Shown: positions 10,101 through 21,232, numbered from the stretch's first letter. The stretch: DNA of 64,000 nucleotides from Tubulanus polymorphus (GCF_964204645.1 NC_134030.1:11553947-11617946); one strand, 5' to 3'. Translations and numbers: made by a program. The notes: generated from the letters alone by a model not told the origin.

Positions 10101-12240
10101 CAGATGTTTTAGCTAATAGTTTAAAATCATATTTTCTTACATTTACACCATTCATAGCATTATATTCTTCTATTTCTTGATTAATTGCGCCCAATTTTCC
10201 CGATAATTGTTTTATAAATAAATGGGTATCATAGCCTGATAAATTATGAAATAATATTGGAACGAAATTTACTTTTTTAGCTTGTAAATTACAATCTTCA
10301 TGAGCAGCTCCACGATATTTTGAATTTAAATGATCATGATCTCTAACTATTTTATCAAATGAATAAAAACGTTTTTCACAATAACAACAATGAGTTGCAT
10401 AATTAAAATCAATTTCATCTTCTTTTGTCATAACTATTCTTTTATTTTTGTTTAATAATTTTGCAAAATCACTTTCTAATTCAATCATTTTGTCACAAAA
10501 ATCATTGACTACATTTTCACCTCTAAAACAAATATATTGACTTTCATATAATTCAGGATAATTTGATTTGATGTAAATTCCATAAGCAGCAGCTCTTTGA
10601 TGAACTTTTTTAATTTTATTCATAATTGGCGGGTCTTGTGTTGTGTCTTCATTTAATTCATTTCCTTTATCCATTGATTTTAATAATTGCTTTTTGTTAT
10701 ATATTTCTTTTCTATCTTGATCAGTTAATTCTTTATTCAACGATTCAAAATCCCCATAAATTACAAATGGAACAATATTCTTAAATTTATTATTAGTAAA
10801 TTTCAAATTATAATCTTATTCTGTTGGCATTATTAATTTACAAAAATCTTTATTATCACATAATTCTTTATGTTTTAGTAACGCATTCTCAGTTCTAAAT
10901 TTAGATAAACATTTTCTACATAGATAAATTTCATGACTGTTAAAATCACTTTCTGTTCTAAAGAATAAATCAATTTGTTTTAACCACATATAATGTTCAT
11001 TTTCATCTTTTTTGTAATATAACAAATCCATAGCATTTTCATCATCATAATATTATGTTAAATATAAAGCTTCCAATGTATAATCTTTAATATTTTCACC
11101 TTTTGTCTTTGGTAATTGCATTGATTCGAATACATTTATTTTTAAATTATTAATTTTTCCTATTTTGGGTATCATTTTTATAGTCACTGGATATTGATCA
11201 ATTTTATATAATGTTTCATATTTCCGGTAATTTGTTATTCTAAAACTATGCGTAATATCTTCTGTTGGGTGTAAACAACTAATAATTGACCATAGAAAAC
11301 GTTTATTATCTTCATTTTGAATATTTATTACTGCTTTTGTTGTTAATGGTAATTTAATATAAGATGATGCTTTACTATCCTTTTCTGTTGTACAGTTTGA
11401 ATCATTTTTAAACATTGTTTTACTTTTTGATGTTTTATTCCTTTTTGTATTATAAACATTTAAATCTAAAAATATAATTTCATTTAATGATAAACCAGAA
11501 CCCTCAAAATATCTTTCTGCAATATGACGTTTAAATTCATTAAATATTTTTTCTAACTTCTCTTTTATTTGCGTTTTTGAAATTATTTCTTCAGAGAGTG
11601 TTTGAATATTATAATCCATTTTCTCTTCTGACTTTAAAAAACTTACTTTCCCAGAGATACTAATTTTTGGATATTCAACATCTGTTATCAAATCTAGTAT
11701 TTTTTCTATTATTTCATTAAATTTACTATAATCTTCTATTGTTGTACCTTTAAAAAATCTAAATATAATAGCTGCAGGACCAATTTTACGACGTAATGTT
11801 TCTAATATTTCAATTGTATCTTTTATTTCTAGTGAATCAATATAATTTCTTACATTTTCCATGTAAGGTTTATTTGAAATGGATTTAGTTTTTGAAGTTG
11901 GTTTTTTTACTTTTTGAGGTTTATCATCGAAATAATCTTTTCCTAAAACATTATTACTCAAATTTTGATGGTGTTTTTGTTATTCGAGATGTCTATTATA
12001 ATTCCTTTTTACTATAAATTCATTACAAACTTCACACTTTATTTCATTCACATTCATATTTTCTAATCGTTCTTTTCTTTCATTGGAATTTTCTGAAGTT
12101 TCAAAATCTATAACATTTTTTATATGATTTGAAGATTTTTCATGACGCGATTTTTGAGATTTATCAATGTATTTTTTACAATATGGACAATAATATTGAT
12201 TTTCATTAACATCAATTTGTTCTGTCTTATTCTCTCCCAT
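7183..12240 (-). pseudogene. Protein-primed family-B DNA polymerase (pPolB) with N-terminal zinc fingers, endonuclease-VII-like insert and an intein; disrupted
   Basis: Seven ORF-track pieces form one gene. In-frame TAA at 11980, 11053, 10816, 9237 and 8509; frameshifts at ~9845 and ~9200. Motifs: ExoI PFVIYGDFES, ExoII FHNLSGYD, ExoIII YLKSDV, PolA YIDANNLYG, PolB KLMNNSFYGK, PolC YFD|TDA, then KIPGKFKDE...FVGIRSKMY...KLKGI. EndoVII-like CxxC...VRDHDH..KYRGAAHEDCN. Confidence 0.95.
7639..8703 (-). mobile_element. Intein with LAGLIDADG homing endonuclease inserted in pPolB motif C (pol-c site)
   Basis: 355 codons. Block A SVTADTPILL follows YFD; block B VDVTEDRSL; LAGLIDADG motifs YFIKGFFMGDGS (~8250-8283) and WFFIGFYAADGA (~7912-7947); block F YVYDLSTEDGTF; terminal FN followed by Thr+1 (TDAY). 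Removal restores YFDTDAYILKI. One in-frame TAA at 8509-8511. Confidence 0.93.
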
Positions 12241-12259
12241 TTATAAGGAAAAAAAATTA
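12238..12259 (-). promoter_or_regulatory. Same motif ahead of pPolB (TAATTTTTTTTCCTTATAAATG)
   Basis: Present although no gene ends upstream, so the leading TAA is not simply a stop codon. Confidence 0.65.
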
Positions 12260-12379
12260 CTTGTGGTGATGAGTGGGGATTACTTCCCCTTGTATATAAC
12301 AAGCACGCTGTTAACCGTTCTCACCCAAGCCTCACAGCATCTATTTATCCGGGCACAGTTGACACGCAATCACTGTGAG

Positions 12380-12790
12380 ACGAGAAGATACACAATATCC
12401 GTGTAAGAAGATAACAAGAGAAATCCCACAATAAGTTCAGCCAAAACGAGAAACTTGAATAGAAGAGTTATATATATTTGCGCAACGTTTCGGCTAAAGA
12501 CTATTAGCCATCATCAGGCGTACTGAGTACAGGAGAATATTACAAGATATTTATACAAGACCAAAACAATAGAAGCAGAGTGAGTGATTAAAATATTGAA
12601 AGGGGAATAGATTAAAGTAATGACATAACAACTAGAAAACAATGCTAAAGTAAGCAAGGCAAACTAGGGGCAATGTAGATTAAAGTAATTAATAAACAAA
12701 GACACAAGCTAAAGTGATTAAAACGGGAGGACAAGCTAAGGGGTGATCAAATAAAACAAAGAGAAGGAACATGAAAGGCGATAATCAGTG
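12380..12790 (-). mobile_element. Penelope-like retroelement terminal-repeat fragment
   Basis: T-rich minus strand containing a minimal hammerhead ribozyme, typical of Penelope pLTRs; boundaries approximate. Confidence 0.5.
12481..12520 (-). ncRNA. Minimal type-I hammerhead ribozyme
   Basis: Minus strand reads CGC-CUGAUGA-U-GGCUAA-uagucu-UUAGCC-GAAA-CGUU-GCG: intact core, 6-bp stem II, palindromic stem III and CGC/GCG stem I. Confidence 0.75.
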
Positions 12791-13149
12791 AGTGAGCGCG
12801 TTAATAACCGTTCTCAGTAGCGACTCACTGTATCGATCTATCCACGCGCAGTTGTTGTTACGCGCACTCACTGTATATGTGTATCACAGAGCAATCGTCC
12901 GTTCTCACTAGAGCCTAGCTGTGATGAGTGGTGTCTCGACCTCTCGACCTCTGGTATGAAAACGCCATCTTCTAATTACTGACGGTCATTTGAAATGGCC
13001 ACCACCTCAGTGATCGCAGTTCTCGAGGGAATTCCTCGAACGGAAAATTTTTTTCCATAGCAAAAAGAGGAATGTTCAGAACATACATAGGTCTACTAAG
13101 TTTCGTATACATCGACTGTATAGTTACTGAGAATGAGGTGACAGAAATT

Positions 13150-13373
13150 CGCACAACATTTTTTTACAAAAAGACCGTTAGTCCGATCGAAAAGTTGTTC
13201 GATAGCAAATGGGGCTCCAAGGTGATCAAAGTACACCGTCTTTTGTGATTCTGTGAAAATATCCCTACGCCGGAGAAATGTGCCACATATAAAAGTTCAC
13301 GCCGGACGGACGACGACCGGTTATCCCCGAATCCTACAGCTCCGCTGACCTTCAGTTATAGCGGAGCTAAAAA
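13150..13373 (-). mobile_element. 5' end of a Helentron-associated (HINE/DINE-like) non-autonomous element
   Basis: Minus strand starts TTTTTAGCTCCGCT...AGCGGAGCT (hairpin) followed by a CGTC microsatellite; left boundary approximate. Confidence 0.4.
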
Positions 13374-15399
13374 CTGGGTTACCCGAATCCCATGGCAGCA
13401 GTGTCGTAGGAAAATGCTAACAATTATCAAATATCAAGCCTATAAGTTTAAACGTTATTTCTAAAGCCTGGCTAACACAAGGCGACGATTTTTAGTCGTC
13501 GGTAGCTCTGCCACCGGTTCTGCAAGCAACCGTTGAGAATCGATCGCTTGACGTCTCCCGTGTGCTATCACTGGCGACGGAGAGGCGATTATCTTTCCCG
13601 CCCAAACAGGCGTCAAACTTTTGAATTAGTTTTCTTAAGTTGTTATGCCGTGGGGCATGCGCAGCGCTCGCGGCATTTCCTACGTGGGCCGCGGCCACTT
13701 CCCACTCTCTGGCGCTCATTTTATTGCTTGATCCTTGGAGTAATCATTTGACTACTCCAAGCTTGACCATAGCTGAAATATAACCATGTAGCTTTTGGGC
13801 GAATCGAAAGTTCAGTGGCCATCTTTGAGTGGGAAAAGCGGGAAAGGCAGCCGGAAAGCCGGAAAAATCTAACTATACGTGACAAATCATCGAATTGTCG
13901 TATTGTTTAATTGAAATTACAGCGAAAATACATTCATTCTACAGTACTTTTTTGTACAAAATTGGAGCATGTCACTCCGCTGGAGTATTCGATAACATCG
14001 AATACATTAGAGATCCAGTCGGCTCCAGATTCCGGTCGGTTTTTAGTAGGCCTAGTGCTAACGTAGACTGGTCGCCTGTCCAATTCTGCGCCACCTGCAT
14101 TCGCAGTCAGAATAGACTTCTAACTGATGGTAGAGACCGGCAACCAGTCTATTGCAAACGTTACCTTCCGATCAAAAGTCAAGGTCGTCGGACTCGTCGC
14201 GCAAGCAGTATTCGCACAGTATTCACCAAATACCGGGTAATTATTAAAATAACTTTTGATTTCTAGGTAAACGCTATTGCTAAAGTCACTGTGGTTAGGG
14301 CCAGTATCATTTTGTTGACGACCTAACCAAATGACAACTCACAGTTAACGTTATTTTATTGAATTGGGAACCACATACACACACAAAAAAACTGGCTTGA
14401 AATGGTAATGCCGGTAATTTAACTTCCGGATTCAGCATCTGCTTAATAGCCTACGTTGCTACATCCAAATGTGGCATAGGCCTACGTAATCGGAGAGGGA
14501 GATAAGTGGATGTCAGGTGTTTGTCTCCAGTGCAGATAGTCAGTAACCTGTCTGTGGTTTAGTTTCACGATCGGATATTTTCACAAACCACAGTCAGGAA
14601 TGGGAAGGTCATTTTTGTATGAAATCTTCGTCAGCCAATTTGACTGACGAGTAATTTGCCTGGCATTTCATTGTTTCTTAAGATATCTGTCTAATTTTTG
14701 TTGTAATCGACGCACAACAGATTCGTAGTTTGTCTGATACCTATAACACCTCACCTGACGATCTTAATCCATGTGCAAATCGGCCGTAAAGTGAGAGTAA
14801 ATTTCCGTCCAGTCAACAGCTGCCATTTTGAAAATTACTGGAGGTGCTGGCACCTGACTGAGGCCAGGACAACAGCACAAACTAACAAAGCGAAACGACG
14901 AAATTAAAAAAAATTAAGAAATCAACACTTATTCACATTTTTCTTTTACCAGAAATTTATTATTTCATTATTTGTTATGGAAAACATGAAGATTTGATAT
15001 AAAAGTTGGAAAACCATCAAAAATAAAAATTGTCGTTTCGTCTTGGAAGTTTTATATAAATCCTTGTAGGTCCCCTTGTCTTATCATGCCACATGTGCAA
15101 TACAGAGAAATGGCGGCCAATGGCGAAATTTGTGGAGAAATTAATTAATTTCTCAAAATAATGTTGATTAATCACTCGAAACATACATAAAATTGGATTA
15201 TTTCGAAAGGTACCTGTGTTAGTTTGTGAATTAAGCTATTAATTGTGGACTGAAGTGAATAGAAAGTATATTTTTGAAGTGTTACTTTTTTCAACCGTGT
15301 TTTGGTCCTTGTCATCCCTAACGTTGGTATAAGCCCATCCGATTATAAAAAGCTTACCACCAACGATTAGGTAACTAACTACAGTGCAGAGGGCCAGTA

Positions 15400-16861
15400 C
15401 ACAGGGGCTCGTTACGATAGCTGGGGTCCAAAATCAAAGATTTGACCCAGTTTCCTAGGTACCACCTATAAAAAAAGAAAAGGGAGCTAACATTTTGACA
15501 TACTAGAATTGACCTTCTCATTTCAATCGCTCATAACTTCGTAACCCATTGACCGATTCGCTCGAAATTGATTTCGTTTCATTCCTAAGAGGTTACTTTT
15601 TAGTTTGAGACCTTCCGCGACAAAATCGGATAAGAGACACCCGAGAAATCACAACTCAAATCCGAAAAAACGAGTCAAAATAGCCAAAGCCGGAATTACT
15701 AGGACGTCTCGGAGTAGTCGATTCCCGACGAAAAACAATGAGTTGACGCGGTTCCCGGGCATTAATCTTCACATATCATACATCGCTGGAAAGCTTATGA
15801 ACTGACCTTATTGAAAAATGCGTTTATTTGATAATCCGTTCCGAAACCGGCGACAAGCGAGGTGATAATACGCACCGAACCGATAAATAAGCACTTTAAG
15901 CGTCACTGAACCGCCATTGAGGGTGTGACGTCACGGGCTCAGAGGACTGATAAATTCGCGATACGTGATTGGTCGACTGAATATGTCAATTATCTAGCGT
16001 TGCATGCTGGGATTTCTAGTCTAATTAAATTTCTAGTCTATCTCTTTTAGTTTAAGAGATATTGAAGTTTGTTTACATGAAATAGCCTATTGCCTTCTTA
16101 GATCACAGTTTTTGTGTATTGAAACATGAAGACACTTTTCGCTCAAATTTTCAAACTTCAATTTGCGATATCTCGAAAACTACAGAAGATAATTCAAAAA
16201 TTTAAAAAGCATATTGTTATTTGAGCCCTCCCCATTCCAACTAGCTTTCTTTCAGTAAGATTGGAGCTATTTGAATTTTTTATGGATATAGCTATCAAAG
16301 ATTTGACCCAGTATCCTAGGTACCACCCATAAAAAAAGAAAAGGGAGCTAAAATTTTGACATACAAGAATTGACCGTCTCATTTCAATCACTCATAACTT
16401 CGTAACCCATCGACCGATTCGCACGAAATCAGTTTCGTTTCATTCCTAAGAGGTTACTGTTTCGTATGAAAGTTTCCGCGACGTATAAGTATAGGGCCTA
16501 TATCGGATAAGAGACACCCGAGAAATCACGACTCAAACCCAAAAAAACGAGTCAAAATAGCCAATGCCGGAATTACTAGGACGTCTTGGAGTAGTCGATT
16601 TCCGACGAAAAACGATGAGTTGACGCAGTTCCCTTACATTAATCATCACATATCATAGGCCTACATCGCTAGAAAGCTTATGAACTGACCTTATTGAAAA
16701 ATGCGTTTATTTGATTATCCGTTCCAATACCGCTAGTCGCCGGTATCGGAAACAGATTATCAAATAAACGCTTTTTTCAATAAGGTCAATTCATAGGATA
16801 CCTAGGATACTGGGTCAAATCTTTGATTTTGGACCCCCAGATATTGTGACGAGCCCCTGTG
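15400..16861. mobile_element. Non-autonomous DNA transposon with CACAGGGGCTCG termini and internal ~400-bp duplication
   Basis: ~60-bp TIRs (CACAGGGGCTCGTTACGATAGCTGGGGTCCAAAATCAAAGATTTGACCCAG / inverse at 16801-16861); direct repeat ~15436-15850 vs ~16296-16735. CAC termini suggest CMC/Chapaev- or Transib-like; TSD unclear. Confidence 0.7.
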
Positions 16862-17371
16862 GTCAAGTTGGTTAGCTTCAGGACTGTCCTCGTCGTCGGA
16901 GCTGAACCTGATTCCAATTTTGATTTTTAGGCCTACTGTTCACAGGCACCTCACACAAAAAGCTTTTGATCCCAGTATCCTAGGCACTATTAAAAAAAAG
17001 ACAAGGGAACCAACTCCATGCAGATTGGTCGATAGGTAGGCCTGATGTCACTTCAACAGTTTGTATTTTCGTTTGCTATATCCATAAAAAATCCAAATTC
17101 CAAGTGGTTATTTAACCGTATAAGGCAAAGTAATTACTTCCGCTATTTTACCATACATTATTACCATATACATTGTATTAACTAAAAAAAGTAACAATAA
17201 AATCATCATCATCATCATTAAAAAAAATTATCGGGTTAAGGGTTAGGGTTTCAATAGGGTTAGTGTCAAGAGGGTGAGAAGAGGGTCCAGAGGGTTCCGT
17301 TTTACCCCTAGGGATATGATTAAGGTAAGGTGACGTACTATAGATAGTTAAAACATTCGGTTGCTTTCCAG

Positions 17372-17450
17372 CGAGCTCGGTGGTCTAGTGGTATGACGCT
17401 GCGCTAGTAATTTACTGGCCAGGGTTCGAGTCTCGCTCTATCCGCTCTAT
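17372..17450 (+). repeat. tRNA-derived SINE head
   Basis: A box TGGTCTAGTGG and B box GGTTCGAGTC, without a proper anticodon arm or cloverleaf. Confidence 0.55.
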
Positions 17451-17571
17451 TTTCTCTAACTCTGTTCTCTAACACTTTCCTTGAATTTACTAAGTCGTGC
17501 ACCCCTGTGCGCATGCGCGGCGTAAATCAACCAATCAGCGACGATGAAGCAAAAATATATTTCGTAATTTG

Positions 17572-18790
17572 TTTTTTAGCCCACTTGGGACTTCTTTTCA
17601 TCTGTTGTCCATCCGTAGATGAAATACAGTGATTTTGGGAAGTTTTGAAGATGCTTCAAGTTAATGTCTCGATATTTGGGTTACACATGTATCTACCCTA
17701 GACACATCTTCAGCCCAAAAACTAGCCCTGTCAGAATCAAGATAGCCGACTAGCAGCCATTGTTGTTCGCCAAAATCAGCACTTTTTACACGTTTTGAAC
17801 TTTTTGAGGGAAATTTTGAAGACGCTTTGATCAATTACCTTGATCTTTCGTATATAGGCCCTATATGAATCCCCCAAGGGCCCATCAGCATAACCAAAAT
17901 TGGGTCGATCAGACTCAAGATAGCCGTCCTATGACCTTTTCAGTGCCCAAAAATGTCAAATTTTGGCAGAATTCTGAGTCATGTAGCTTCCTACTGGTTT
18001 GCCATTTCTCATTGCAATTGCTGATGGGTATTCTTTGGATAGGGATGTTTTATACCTGAGACCGGTATTTTTGATAAGCCATTTATGACGCAATTGGCGG
18101 CCATCTTGGTGTCATCACTATCCAGTGCTCATTTGTAGGTGGGAAAAAGTTTTTCGACATTATATTGATACCTAAGCATATTTTGTTACCATAATGAATT
18201 AGAAAAATGTAGCTTATAACGTGTTCTACAATTGTGGTGAGTTTCAAGGTCATTTGATTTTGTATATGGCCACCAGGGGGCGTTGAATTATACAATTTCT
18301 TAGTATTTCTATATTTTAATTCTACCAATGTATATTTTGTTACCACAATCAATTGCAATGATGTAGCTCATGATATCGTCTATGATTGTGGTGAGTTACA
18401 AGAACATAAGTTTTTCTATATGGTCACCAGGGGGCGTTGAATAGTAGAATAACTTAGTATATCCTTATAAGATTGGTACCTAGGCATATTTTGTTACCAT
18501 GATCAATTATGAAGTTGTAGTTCAAGACATGTTCTATGATTGTGGTGAGTTTCAAGGTCATTGGGTTTTGCATATGGTCACCAGGGGGCATTGAATAGTA
18601 GAATAACTAAGTATTTCCATATTAAATTGGTAAAAAGGCGTATTTTGTTATCACAATTGATTGAAAAATCGTAGCTGCTGACATGTTCTATGATTGTGGT
18701 GAGTTTCAAGGTCTTTGTATATGGTCACCAGGGGGTCGTTGAATATTGAAATCGTTAGATTGTTGAGGATTTGAAACCACTCCCAAGTCT
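17572..18790 (+). mobile_element. HINE-like element family A, copy 1, with ~150-bp internal tandem repeats
   Basis: Starts TTTTTAGCCCAC; four subrepeats with GGYCACCAGGGGG; homologous to 28150-29270. Confidence 0.65.
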
Positions 18791-19610
18791 GATATAAAAG
18801 TCAGACCCTGACGTGGGCATGCCGGTGGAATGACGAAGCTATCTACGATGTGTGTAGGGCCGGCGTGAATTTCATCAACGGCTACAAGCGGTCAATATGA
18901 AAATGTGTAAACATATAATTTCAATATTCAAACATTTAGAAAATATGTTTGATATTAGGAGTATGCAGGTTTCGTGAGATTAGCAATTTATAATAGCATA
19001 GCTATCATATACGGCTCCGCGTCCTCTGATGGCATGTGTATTAGGTGACAATTCAATTCAATTCTTTATTGATCCTTATTACATTGAAATTTCGGGATAA
19101 AATTCCCAAATTCAATAAATAAAAATTTTAAAATAAATTAATACAACATACATGACACACGGGTAATTCATACAGAACAACATTAGCATGTTATTTTAAA
19201 TGACAATGTCTACTTCAACCCACCCAGACTCTAGGATATCGAGTGACAGCCAAACCCGTGGCCCGGGCTGGCTGGCTAGGCCACACGATATGCTCGAAGT
19301 CATGATGAAGCAGACATCAGAAGAGCTCGTTCTTCAACCATGGAGGCAATGAAGTTGCAGACCAGCTTAGAGGAATAAGTAAATGAAGTCGGTCGCAAGT
19401 TCGCGATCAATTATTGAGAATTTTCAATAAAAAAATTTAAACCACTACTAGAGTAGAAGACCCGCTGTATCATCTACCCAATCGCCAAATCTCATCATTC
19501 CCCAAATTTCTTAAAACTTCGATTTCAAATTTGCAATTCCACATTAGCTTAGCCCAGAAATTATACATTTTTTTCGCAGGCATCAAATAATTTTCTAAAA
19601 TTAATTTTCT
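18791..19610 (+). repeat. Dispersed repeat family, copy 1
   Basis: Colinear with 47066-47817 (GGTGGAATGACGAAGCTATCTACGATGTGTGTAGGGCCGGCG...), including a shared CAATT-repeat insert. Confidence 0.8.
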
Positions 19611-21232
19611 TGTTGGAACTTCTAGTCCACTTGTTAGGCCCCAACAGACCTACAAAATAGATTTTTGGAATTTTCAAAAGATTCATATTTTTCATTATTG
19701 ACGAGTGGAGATGTCATAGGGGTGTGGTTTGCCACTTTCTATTCAATGAAATCACATAGTAGACCACTTCATAGATGTCTGTTAGCCTCTTCACTTCAAT
19801 TACCCATCTTTGGTTTGGGTGTGAGGAATTTGAGGGGTGATAGCTGGCAAAAGGTATCTTAAAACCTTGTGGAGAAAATGTAGAAAATTTCTGAAAATTT
19901 CGTGCAAGCAGGCGCGTTCGGGTGCAATCTGACACCGATAGGTACTGGTTACCATTCACTTTGCATGTATCGATTTTATTTTGCTAAATTTAGTAAATGC
20001 AGAACATGTGCCAAGGTTCGTCGACTTTTGAAAATTCAAAAAAGGGGGTTCGTTCGAACTATCGAACCCCCCTAGGGACGCTAATGAATAAAACAGAAAT
20101 ATCTTATATTTAGGCCTATGTTGTTTACAGTTTAATTCTCTAAGCCTTTATGAAAATGATGAGTGATGAAACAGCTTCGCTTTTGCCTGTGATTGTATTT
20201 ATGTGGCGAAAACCTACTGCCCACCACGCACAGCTATTTCTGAACTTAAAGAACAGTTCAATTGTTCTAAAAGATATTAGCTAAGCTGAGACAATTACAG
20301 GGTACACTAATAATGAAATGATTCTAGCTAGTAGCAGGCAATCTTATTAAAAGCTAGTTTGACGATCACTAGTGATAGATGGCTCTTGCGATGGCCTACA
20401 ATCAGTAGTGGTTGCTTTAGAATGATCGTTTCAGCTAATTTCTCATCTTTTAAACATTGCCGTTCATGTCATATTTAACTACTTTTTGCCTACGATTATA
20501 TCCATATTTTTTTGCAAGCCAGAAGCCAATCGATATGGTCCATAGTTAGCATAATAAAGTTATAGGCCTAGGCCCTTTTTGATATATAGGGCCTAAATGA
20601 ATATAAACGATGTATGAAATAAGTTGATACAGCTTAATGAAAATCCCTTCCATTTACATAACTTAAAGTGACTTGACTAACTCATTACTTTTTCAATATC
20701 TTTAGCTTGAACTCAGACAACCTGATGGCGTTTTATAGATCACTGAGGATATTCAATTTCAGAAGGTAATCCTGAATTTCTTTAATTTGCTATCAATGTA
20801 TAAGAATACTGTAATTGGTATTGTAGACTTTCTCAAATTATTCATCAATGATTTTTGATCTCAAGGATATATGTGTCCCCATTATGATACGGATTAGGGT
20901 GAAGAAAATATGCTGTCGAATGACATAGTGATAGCTTTCTTCTTTCTATGGATCCGGTATCAAGTTTTATACTTCCCTCGAGACAGGTGCAATAGAATTA
21001 TACATGTTTGTCCTTTGCCACCAGTGTAACCTATTTGGTATAAGTCCAAGTTATAGTCTGTTAGATAGTCTTTTACATATGACCGTAATTTCCATTAGGC
21101 CTAGTGTGTTCTCAAAAATCATTTTGCGCACGTATTGGGTGTTGGGGCAGTTAGAAAAGTATGTTTGTGTACAAGGGAGGGGGGGGGGGGGGGTAAAAAA
21201 ACCAGCTGAGAAATTAGGAAATTTTTTGCGTA

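Larger units (their letters stand above)
1..12952. mobile_element. Polinton/Maverick-type (adintovirus-like) endogenous DNA virus, right-hand portion, degenerate copy
   Basis: Tightly packed intronless AT-rich ORFs including pPolB, a capsid-like gene and a penton-like gene. Composition changes abruptly to host-like repeat DNA after ~12.3-13 kb. The right boundary is tentative (...CTCTCGACCTCT at 12952, read as AGAG... on the minus strand). Confidence 0.88.
12260..12952. repeat. Putative terminal (TIR) region of the Polinton-like element
   Basis: Non-coding and GC-richer, with repeated words CCGTTCTCA (~12316, ~12808, ~12899) and GTGATGAGTGG (~12266, ~12921). Ends in the tandem TCTCGACCTCTCGACCTCT. 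The partner TIR is not in the window. Confidence 0.4.

Noticed and set aside
752-11982. All eight premature stops are TAA, suggesting stop-codon reassignment
   Set aside because: Real gene ends also use TAA, frameshifts co-occur, the expected residues differ by site (Lys, Ser, Leu), and AT-rich codons are one step from TAA. Neutral decay explains it.
12262-12335. tRNA-like or hammerhead-like look (GTGATGAG, hairpin, CTGTTAACCG)
   Set aside because: No cloverleaf or B box, and no CUGAUGA...GAAA core in the correct arrangement.
13800-14280. CpG-rich stretch and ORF 13895-14266 as HIBCH promoter or first exon
   Set aside because: No recognisable mitochondrial targeting exon or supportable splice link; the HIBCH 5' exons could not be located.
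15400-15440. CACAG terminus as a RAG/Transib recombination signal
   Set aside because: Heptamer is CACAGGG, with no nonamer at 12/23 spacing, no 5-bp TSD and no transposase.
17232-17263. TTAGGG-like repeats as an interstitial telomere
   Set aside because: Only about three degenerate units.
18170-18760. Regularly spaced repeats as a CRISPR array
   Set aside because: Whole ~150-bp units are homologous (no unique spacers), the context is eukaryotic and there are no cas genes.
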